A stretch of 41,579 nucleotides of DNA, taken from NCBI GenBank assembly GCA_008632985.1, contig QPGO01000357.1:1-41579 (forward strand). The letters run 5' to 3'. The notes under the pieces are model-generated. The model did not search any database and was not told where the DNA came from. It was given only the letters and a program-made list of their open reading frames with translations. The position numbers were made by a program, and so were the translations under genes. Positions 1 through 8,990 of this stretch are shown one piece after another (within the stretch, counting starts at the first letter, position 1; every line of letters begins with the position of its first letter). Origin of the DNA: Psammoneis japonica (lineage: Eukaryota).

Positions 1-246
1 GCACACAGAGATCACCGATGCCACGCCAAGAAGACAACAAAAACCTGGCAACATGCTGACATTGGCGCCAGAATCGACTCGGATCCCACGCGCACAGCCC
101 GCAAAAACTGCATGCAACAACCACCCCTTGTTCCTTGTTCGTACGGTGTGACTGCATTGACCACACAATTTCCACTTTCAAAAGATTTCACTGAGGAAAA
201 CATTGCAATGATGACTTCAATTGTTGTGGGACGGATCTGTTGCAAC

Positions 247-423
247 GATTCTTGAGAATCTGCGATTCTTGAGAATCCGGACATGGAATTTTGTGAAAAC
301 CGTTTTTTAAGAATCGGACCTCGTGCAAATTTCCCGTTTGTTGTGAACCACCGATTCTCCAGAATCATGGTCACCGATTCACAAGAACTCCCTTTTTGGC
401 CATTTTCCAGATTCTCAAGAATG
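247..423. repeat. Six degenerate copies of the 14-bp palindrome GATTCTTAAGAATC (subterminal repeats)
   Basis: gattcttgagaatc 247-260 and 264-277; gttttttaagaatc 302-315; gattctccagaatc 353-366; gattcacaagaact 376-389; gattctcaagaatg 410-423. Confidence 0.75.
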
Positions 424-621
424 GCAGACATGCTCAAGATGTGGCACCCTTGCTCTTCGGCCTCCTCTTTCTTTGCTCCTGTTTTCACTTTGTGCCATTC
501 TGTTGTTCTTCTTGGCCAAGATTGGCCCCACATTGTCGCATCCACCGCCATGTCCGTTGCTCTCCCTCCCTCCCAACCAGATGCCACTGTCCTCACATCT
601 TCCAAGAAGGTGAGGGCCATC

Positions 622-1055
622 TGCCCCATGCATGCACTGGGCGCTGAAAAAGAAGATGTGTCACGACTTTGTCGTTGTGAAAATCATGAGCCAGTTTAGA
701 GTAGAAAAAGTGGGATCGTGCGAATGGGGAATCTTGCCAAATCCCTGTTCGCTCGCATTTGGATCGCATCAAATCGATCGTGCGCTCGCATTGTGGATCG
801 TGCAAATCAAGCCATCACGCACCACACACGAGTGATGTCATCGTGTGGAATCACACTGCCATCGTTGGCCAGATGACGGGCTAGTGTGCTTCACACGGAC
901 GCTCTCTTAGCATCCTTCTGGAATTGCTGAAGACCTAGAGCCACGCCCTCCTGTGGTCGTGCTTCCCAGGTACGTGTTAACAATACTACGTTGCCACGTA
1001 CAAGAGGCTTATGCACGGTCTCGCCGTGTTGTCCAGTAACGAGGCATGCTGCACA
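622..1055 (-). repeat. 3' LTR (last few bases and TSD damaged)
   Basis: Matches 5442-5874 and the reverse complement of 2806-3241. On the minus strand it begins TGTGCA right after the PPT catgggggag. Confidence 0.92.
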
Positions 1056-1092
1056 CTCCCCCATGATCAGGGCCGTTAAGTGACAGAATGTC

Positions 1093-2396
1093 TTACTGGT
1101 GATAGGGTACAATCTGCCGTAGTTTATACGTATCTATCAGCGCTCCGTTCTGGATACGCAACGTGCCGTTGTCATATACACGGACAACTCTGGCGGGTCC
1201 TGCATAGCTGTCAGAACCGTATTTAGAGGATTGTTCCTGTTTGATAAGTACCAATTGCCCTACGGTATATTGATACTCTTTGCGTTTCTGATTTTCACGC
1301 TTGTTGTTTAAGTGGATAAGCTTCTGCTTTCTGGTTTCTATGTGCTTCCACTTAGCACGATAGGCAATAGATAAAACCGCATCGCGTCCGAAGACCAATT
1401 GCATGGGACTTGCACGCGTGGTCGTGTGTACCGTAGCTCTAATAGCGAAGGCTACTGCGGAGAGGATGCCACTCCATGGGTCATCTTCATCCAGTTCCAT
1501 ATCCTGTACTGAAAAGGAACGTACCATGTTACCAAGTGTCTGGTGTACACGTTCCACTATGGCATTCGCCTGTGGATTCCGTTTACTTATGGGTTTCTTC
1601 AAAATCCCATGGTCATTTTTAATCATCTGGCTGAATTCTGCCATAAATTCTGTCCCACGGTCATTTGGCTAAATATATAAATTCTGCCATAAATTCTGTC
1701 CCACGGTCATAAACCACCTGGGTTGGCCACGGATATCTGCATAGCCACGTTTGTTCTACGACGTTTGCTACGACGTCTGCGCGTTTCGTAGACACTTCTT
1801 TAATCTCGAACCACCCGGTTGCTGGGTCAATCATTGTGACCGCCCATAATTGCAAAGTGTCCTTTCCGTGTCTTTTAATTTTATATGGCCCTATCATATC
1901 TATGCACAGAGTCTCCCATGGAATTATCTCGGCGACCTTTTCTGGTAGCTTCCCATAACGCTGCGTTCGGCGTTTTGTCTTCTGACATCGATCGCACTTA
2001 AAGGACGTAGAATGCACCGTAGACCTCATACTAGGCCAGTAGAAGTGCTGGGCAATAGATATTTCCGGACGTGTCTCACCTGGATGACACAGTGTCTCGT
2101 GGCACCATTCAGTTAGCGGAACCTGCAATGACTGTGGTACTGCGATTTTGTCCTTATGACCCTCCCCCACGATACGCGCGAATGGAGTAGTCGGACGAGT
2201 CCTTAGCTCGTGAGAGCAGGCACTTGTCCTTTTGTTGTTCTTTTTGAATGCGCTTGAAGTTAACAGGCAGATATAGCTCATCTTGAGCGTCTGCATTAAA
2301 GGCTTCATGCAAAGGACGACTCGATGGAGTGTCTTTTACATCCGGATTGGCCTCGGAAGGCAAGCTGGGTGCCAGTCGAAGGCGACTGAGAGCATC
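1093..2396 (-). pseudogene. Gypsy pol 3' part: RNase H end plus integrase (HHCC, D,D-35-E, C-terminal GP motif); frameshifted, mostly TpA-intact
   Basis: Motifs DALSRL, HETLCH...CDRC, LCIDMIGP, YDRGTEF, NPQANAIVERVH, YAGPARVV. Frameshifts near 2155 and at 1634-1710, where a 31-bp duplication plus 15-bp filler hits YDRGTEF. Confidence 0.93.
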
Positions 2397-2805
2397 CTCT
2401 CCGCAGCAGCCTTCGCCATTAGAGCTGCGGCACACACGACCACGCGTGCAAGTCCCATGCAATTGGTCTTTGGATGCAATGCGGTTTTATCTATTGCCCA
2501 TCGTGCTGAGTGGAAGCACATAGAAACCAGAAAGCAGAAGCTCACCCACTTAAACAACAAGCGTGAAAATCAGAAACGCAAAGAGCATCAACATGCCGCA
2601 GGGCAATTGGCACTTGTCAAACAGGAACAATCCTCTAAATGCGGTTCTGACAGCCATGCAGGACCCGCCAGAGTTGTCCGTGCACATGACAACGGCACGT
2701 TGCGCATCCAGAACGGAGCGCTGACAGATGCGCACAATCTACGGCAGATTGCACCCCATCACCAGCAAGACATTCTGTCACTCAACGGCCCTGATCATGG
2801 GGGAG
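2392..2805 (+). pseudogene. Inverted, TpA-hypermutated second copy of the integrase C-terminus plus PPT
   Basis: Gapless match to the reverse complement of 1056-1469; all Tyr codons became His/Cys and the TAA stop became CAA. Confidence 0.95.
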
Positions 2806-3608
2806 TGTGCAGCATGCCTCGTCACTGGACAACACGGCGAGACCGTGCACAAGCCTCTTGCACGTGGCAATGCAGTGTTGTTGACACGCACCTGGGAAGC
2901 ACGACCACAGGAGGGCGTGGCTCCAGGTCTCAGGCAATTCCAGAAGGATGCCAAGAGAGCATCCGTGTGAAGCACACCAGCCCGTCGTCTGGCCAACGAT
3001 GGCAGTGTGATTCCACATGATGACATCACTCGTGCACAGCATGTGATGGCTTGATTCGCACGATCCACAATGCGAACGCACGATCGATTTGATGCGATCC
3101 AAATGCGAACGAACAGGGATTTGGCAAGATTCCCCATTCGCACGATCCCACTTTTTCTACTCTAAACCAGCTCATAATTTTCACAACGACAAAGTCGCAA
3201 CACATCTTCTTTTTCAGCACCTGGCACACACACAGGGCACAGCATTGTTGACACGCACCTGGGAAGCACGACCACAGGAGGGCGTGGCTCCAGGTCTCAG
3301 GCAATTCCAGAAGGATGCTAAGAGAGCATCCGTGTGAAGCACACCAACCCGTTGTCTGGCCCACGATGGTGGCGTGATTCCACACGATGACATCACTCGT
3401 GCATGGCGCGTGATGGCTTGATTCGCACGATCCACAATGCGAACGCACGATCGATTTGATGCGATCCAAATGCGAGCGAATGGGGATTTGGCAAGATTCC
3501 CCATTCGCACAATCCCACTTTTTATGCTCTAAACTGGCTCACAATTTTCACAACGACAAAGTTGCAACGCATCTTCTTGTTCAGCGCCCAGTGCATGCAT
3601 GGGGCACA
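2806..3608 (+). repeat. Full LTR (2806-3241) followed head-to-tail by a 5'-truncated LTR (3242-3608)
   Basis: TGTGC...GCACA termini on the full copy; the second copy restarts about 68 bp inside the LTR and ends ggggcaca at 3608. Confidence 0.92.
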
Positions 3609-3611
3609 GTG

Positions 3612-5350
3612 ACAGTGTGTGTCGACTGTCGAGCAGAGCACTGCTGGCGCCACTGTCTGGCAGTGCCTCAATGGTTTGAGTCTTGCCCTTGCCATGTTTG
3701 GCATTCACAGCCATGAACAAGATTGGAGCAAGATGAGTCTTTTTAACTCGTTTGCGGGATTGGCCTACAACACGTGTACGATGGCAACTCAATTGTTCAT
3801 CAGTGCATTCACCCAATGTGTTGAAATTACCTGCATCGTGTCGGCAAGTGTCGAGTCTTCGGAATCACTTAAGTTGAGGTCGCGGAAGTGATTGAGCTCC
3901 TCCTCGCGTGCCTTGCGCTTTTTCTGAGCGTTGGGAAAGAACTCCTCGACCTTCGGTCCGTTGAGAGCATCGGTGTCTTCCTCATTCCGAGGTTTTACAT
4001 TGGGCTTGCTGCCTCCATCACTGGAATGTCCAGTCTTGACACGTTTCACGTGGTTGTTCGGTTGGGTCGTGATCAACGACTCACAATTGTCCGTTCTACG
4101 TCCCCGCTTGCGTGAAACCCTGGCATGTGGGTCGCGGTTACCTTCGGCAAGCTCGACCTGCTCGGTGCGCTTGCAGAACTGTGCAAATTTGGCGACAGCA
4201 TGCGCCAACGGATCAAAAGTCTGTAACATCATGAACTTCTGCCATGCGTTCGGCACACCGTACAGTCTGCTCACGTTAACATGTGCTGGGGGTGCATGCC
4301 GAATTTCAGCACATGTTGTAGAGAGGGTGCACGTCATCGCTTCTTGGCACAAATGCACGTGTCTTTGCCACATGAGCAGCATGAGTGATGAGAAATGCGT
4401 AGATTGAAATCTTGTGCTTCGCCCTCACGACTCATGACGCTTTTGGGCCACGTTCGCGCGGCGCCACCACTGTAATTTTTGAAAAAAACCCATGGCTGCC
4501 TTCATCAATTCTTTGGTCCTGCCAGGTGCAAAGAAGCCCAGGACCACTTCTCAGAGGCACAAAATGGTCAATGAGGGCATTTGCAGTTGTTGCAAGTGCA
4601 GTCTTGATGATTTCATCGCCTCAAACTAGTCGCATCATCGACACATCACGGATTCGCGACATGGTCTGTCGGTCTGTCAGTCCATCTGTTGACAGGGAAG
4701 TCTGACCTTCGTCCGAGGGGTCAGGCCGGATTTTCAGTGTGTGTTGCAGAGAGGGTGCATGTTAAAAAGCATGTGTCAACGTGAGCAGACTGTGCTCGAA
4801 CATGTCGCATGGTTCGTCATCAGGTGATGGTGCCGGTGCTTCTCCATCCGCCGTCACAGGTGGAAACTGAGAGACACAGCCGTCAACTTCAACAGCCCTC
4901 GCGACATGGTCACGAGCAGAAACCTCTGCGGGCTTGCGCATGAAGCGCCTGAGACAACGCTTCTGCAATGGTGCCGCCCCATGTGGGAAGATGCTTTCCT
5001 TTAGCTTCGCGACGCATGCTGCGTGCGCAGCGTTGGTTTGGGATGCCTGCTTCTCAGCGGCATTGTTGAATGACGTCAGAGCATCGCCCTGAAGCAGGTC
5101 ACGCACAAGGGCAAATTTCGCTGGCCCGGTCGTGATGTTTTGTCCATCATGCACGCGTTCCACGTTGCGCAGAAAGATCAGGAGTGTCTCGCATGTAGCC
5201 ACAGAAAGGCACGGGATGCCCATCTCGTGCGTTGGACCATCCGCATCAGTGGGGTTGTTACGTAGCTTGAACGTCTGGTGCTCGCCCTGCTGCAGCTCTT
5301 TCTTCTCCGGCCGTGCGAACAGAATCGGCGGCTCAACCCGCTTCTTCATG
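3612..5350 (-). pseudogene. Gypsy gag and N-terminal half of the aspartic protease, interrupted by a MITE
   Basis: MKKRVEPPILFARP...LLQGDALTSF...RRFMRKP gag signature. Removing 4263-4792 restores ...FE-YGVPNAWQKFM. The protease active site reads ALPDSGAS (expected ALLDSGAS). Confidence 0.85.
4263..4792. mobile_element. 530-bp non-autonomous Tc1/mariner-type MITE inserted in gag
   Basis: 25-bp TIRs CAGTCTGCTCACGTT(A/G)ACA.... TSD is TA at 4261-4262 and TG (converted TA) at 4793-4794. Excision restores the gag frame. Confidence 0.88.
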
Positions 5351-5441
5351 GTCGTTTTGAGATTTGTCGGTCCTGCCAACATTTCGTAGTTTCGTTTCTG
5401 TAGATTTCGTTGCCTCGCACAATGTGCGGGAGTGATGTTGC

Positions 5442-5874
5442 TGTGCCCCATGCATGCACCAGGCGCTGAAAAAGAAGATGTGTTACGACTTTGTCGTTGA
5501 GAAAATTGTGAGCTAGTTTGGAGTAGAAAAAGTGGGATCGTGCGAGGGAATCTTGCCAAATCCCCATTCGTTCGCATTTGGATCGCATCAAATCGATCGT
5601 GCGCTTGCATTGTGGATCGTGTGAATCAAGCCATCACGCGCTGTGCACGAGTGATGTCATCGTGTGGAATCACACTGCCATCGTTGGCCAGATGACGGGC
5701 TAGTGTGCTTCACACGGATGCTCTCTTAGCATCCTTCTGGAATTGCCCAAGACCTGGAGCCACGCCCTCCTGTGGTCGTGCTTCCCAGGTGCGTGTTGAC
5801 AACACTGCGTTGCCACGTGCAAGAGGCTTGTGCACGGTCTCGCCGTGTTGTCCAGTGACGAGGCACACTGCACA
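5442..5874 (-). repeat. 5' LTR
   Basis: TGTGC...GCACA termini; lies directly upstream of the gag leader; matches the other three LTR copies. Confidence 0.92.
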
Positions 5875-5876
5875 TC

Positions 5877-7150
5877 TTCATGGAGACCAAACACCATGAA
5901 GCTTTCAACTTGATCGCCTTTGGCGTCAAGGACAACCAATTTGATGATGTGTTGCTTGTGAACAACTCCAAGTTGATGCTTCGTTCTGAGTGGAAAACGA
6001 AGGTTCGCACTGTCAAGTTCTGGAACACCGGACTGGATGGGCTTGACCAAAAGGAGCTCTGCAAGCAAGTTGGCAACCAAGCTTGCTCCTGGGTTTGCCT
6101 CCACCTTGCAGAGACAAATGACTTTGGTTGCGACACTCTCTTCCAAACCAAGAAGAACTCCGATGGAGAGATTGTTTCAAAGCTCACAGCTGTTCACCTT
6201 GAGCAGACATTTGATGTCATGGTGCAGCACCATCACCAGACAGGCGGTCATCTAAAGCTTGCCCGAACATTCAATGACATCAAGAAAAAATGCTGCAATG
6301 TGACAGAACAGCTGGTTTCCCACTGCATTGATCTGTGCCCCACTTGCAGCAAGACCCAGCCATCTGTGGCAAGAGTTGAGGGGGCTCGTGTCCCAATCAT
6401 GAGCCGGAGTTTTTGTGACAGGTTTCAGATGGACCTTGTTGACTGCCGAAAGGACCCTCACCAGTTCTGCCCAGGGGACCCCAACTCCCCAACCATGAAG
6501 TGGCTCATGGTTTTGAAAGACCACTGCACCAGGTTGCTCTGGACCTCTGCCATTCCCTCCAAGGAAGCAAAGTGGGTTGCCAAGGAGTTCTGCCACATTT
6601 GTTCTTTGATCGGCTGCCCCCTTGCAAGCCACACAGACAATGGGAAGGAGCTCACAGCAGAGCAAGTGACTGAAGCCATCCAGGAGCTCAACCCGTGCTG
6701 CAGCACTGTCCAGGGTGGTGCCAGAATGCCTTCGCACCAGGGTTCTGTGGAGCACTCAAACCACCCAATTAAATCAGCCATCGCTTTGCTTGTCAAGGAA
6801 GAGATCCACAAGGGAAGCACCAATGCATCATGGGTGACGGGGCACCCCAAGGCAATGGCGTCTCTCAATGCAACTGCCAACAAGGGAAAAAGCGAGTGCT
6901 CTGCCTGCTTCCATGTCTTTGGCATGGAGTTCCATGAACTCCTGACAACCGTTCCCCTTGCAAACCTGCAAAGTGCCAAGACTGTTGCTGAGAGATGTGC
7001 CATCATTGGTGGAGACTACAAGAGGAAGATGCTGGCAATGGGCAAGGTCACTGAAGAAGAGATTGCTGCTGTTGTTTCCAGCAAAATTGGTCCATCAAAT
7101 CTCTCAGCCACTGACTCTGTTGCTTCAGTGGGTGATCCTCCTCCATCATT
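5877..7150 (+). pseudogene. Ginger/KRBA2-like integrase (HHCC plus DDE core), TpA-hypermutated
   Basis: HHQTGGH...CPTC; FQMDLVD; VLKDHCTR; HTDNGKEL; RMPSHQGSVEHSN; almost no Tyr and excess Cys/His. Confidence 0.85.
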
Positions 7151-7159
7151 TGGAAATGT

Positions 7160-7393
7160 GTGCATTTGGCGCAATTGGCTTTTTCCAAATCCGTTTTTTG
7201 CCAAATCGAAGGGCAAGTGCACACTTTGCATGTATTTTTGGGTGCACACTCACCTTTCGATTTTCGAAACGATCAAAATTGAAGGAGTTAATTGCACTAA
7301 ACTGCGCAGAACATCGGCCTCTCGCGTGATGAAAAGCAGAGCACCTGGAGCTGGAACAGGCCTGCAGGCAATCTCGCTGCCAACTTCCACGCA
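7160..7393. mobile_element. Possible ~234-bp insertion in the Ginger ORF
   Basis: Non-coding-looking stretch flanked by a gaaatgt direct repeat (7153-7159, 7394-7400); no convincing TIR. Confidence 0.3.
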
Positions 7394-8059
7394 GAAATGT
7401 CATCCCCCTCTCCCAAAAAATTGAACGCCTCTGCATCTGCAGTCACTTTGTTCTCACCAATTGAGTCTGGCAAAAACAATGGAGAGCAACCCGCATTGCC
7501 ACACTCACCAGCAGACACGGAACAACCAACCCCCCCCCCCCCCCCCCCCCTCCTTCGATTGCAGCCAAGGCATCACCAAACAATGTGAAGGCACCCCTGT
7601 CCAATCCAACCAGTGTGCTGTCCAAGCCGTGTGCATCCAAGGAATCACCAACCAATGCAGAGCCACCCAAAGCCAATTCAATTGCTGTGCTGCCCAAATT
7701 GGTCACAGCCAAGGAATCACCCACTGACGTGGAGGTTGAAAAAGATTCACAAACCACAGTTGGGCTGCCAACAGAATTGCCAACAGATGTGGAGCCATCC
7801 AAAGCCGGGGTTGCCAAGGCACAAGCAAAGCTGGAGCAATTTTTTTCTGGCTGCAACACTGAAGACACAAGTTGCCAAAAAAAATTTTTGGTCAAAGTTT
7901 CACTTCAACCGTTGGATGGCTTTGTCAAGCACAAGACACCGTGTGACCCTGGATGACGGCACCACACCAAAGTGTGTTCATCCACAACTTGATTGCCCCA
8001 GGTGCTGCCTGTCGGGCAAACCTTTCAAGGTGGCATGCTGTGACAACGATCACATCCAC

Positions 8060-8990
8060 AACAGCAGGAGCAGAAGCCAATGGTTTGACACAAAATTTGT
8101 CTCAAGTTTTGCACAGTTGCTTGCACACGAGGGTCACCCGCAAAACACGAGGATGCTTCATGTCATGTGTGGTGCAACGTCCTTGGCTCAACTTCAAGGG
8201 TCATTGAACAGTTGACCAATCTCGCTTTCAGGGTCAGTCACAACTCTCTGCTCCGCAGCCAACCAGTCATCACATTTTGCTGTGCTTAAATTTTTGTTGC
8301 CGGAAAAAAATGTTCAAGTTTTTGAGGGCCTTGGGTGCAAACTCACCACCTGGAATGACGAAATCATGTGCGCTCTCAAGAGGTGCGGCCTTGTGTCCAA
8401 GGAATCTCTCAAGCAAGATGTGTCTTGGAACATGAAGAGAATGGAACTCCACCAGCAGCCAAGAATTGTCATTCAGGTGCATGGAAAGTGCAAAGAGGAG
8501 AGGTGTCAGCAGCACAAACGGACACCCACAGCTGCGGCCCTCGTGCTTGCGTTTTACTTTGGGACATTCTGTCACCCAGGACAATGCCCTTGTCCTTGCA
8601 ATTGATGTCTCCCGAAAACTGTTGCCTTGCTGTGATGAACAAGCATTGTGATCTTTTGGAAAATGATCAATCAAAAGATTTGCAATTTCTCCGAAAAGTC
8701 AAGGGTGTCACCATTGACTGGGAAGAAGAAGAGCATCATCCCAAAGTTCCCAACTCTAACATTGTCACGATTGACCAAGAAGTTTCCACAAAAAACACTT
8801 CAACAGATGATCCCACAGTGCCTCAAAGGATGCGTTGTGGATTGTGCCTTGACAAGGAGCTTCCGGTGGACACGGTGCTTCATTGCTGCCAACTGACTTT
8901 GCATCTGCACTGTGCACTGGGCTGCCTTAACTCTGACAGTTTGTGCCCCTGCTGCCACTCAGAAATTGACGAGGCTTGCCTCGAAAAACT
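8060..8990 (+). pseudogene. Ulp1/C48-like cysteine protease remnant followed by a RING-like Cys cluster, within the Ginger element
   Basis: HFAVLKF...VQVFEGL...QTDTHSCGPRAC fits the H...D/E...QxDxxxCG layout; CGLC...CCQLTLHLHC...CPCC; several frameshifts. Confidence 0.6.

Larger units (their letters stand above)
622..5874 (-). mobile_element. Rearranged Ty3/Gypsy LTR retrotransposon: 5'LTR-gag-protease / inverted internal block / RNaseH end-integrase-PPT-3'LTR; RT missing
   Basis: Two ~435-bp LTRs in the same orientation at the ends. RNaseH-then-integrase order (DALSRL followed by HHCC and DDE). Polypurine tract precedes the 3' LTR. Confidence 0.9.

Noticed and set aside
247..423. CRISPR array
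   Set aside because: Repeats are 14-bp degenerate palindromes with irregular spacing, in a eukaryotic TE context with no cas genes.
1061..2800. Classical fungal RIP (CA/TG->TA) as the explanation
   Set aside because: Polarity is opposite: the TA-rich copy has the conserved Tyr residues and the proper stop, and the TG/CA copies have lost catalytic residues and a TA TSD.
2391..2800. Diversity-generating retroelement or APOBEC/ADAR editing of a retro-intermediate
   Set aside because: Changes are A->G only, restricted to TpA, on both strands, and also affect DNA-transposon MITEs, a TSD and intron-containing genes. DGR gives A->N on one strand and APOBEC gives C->T.
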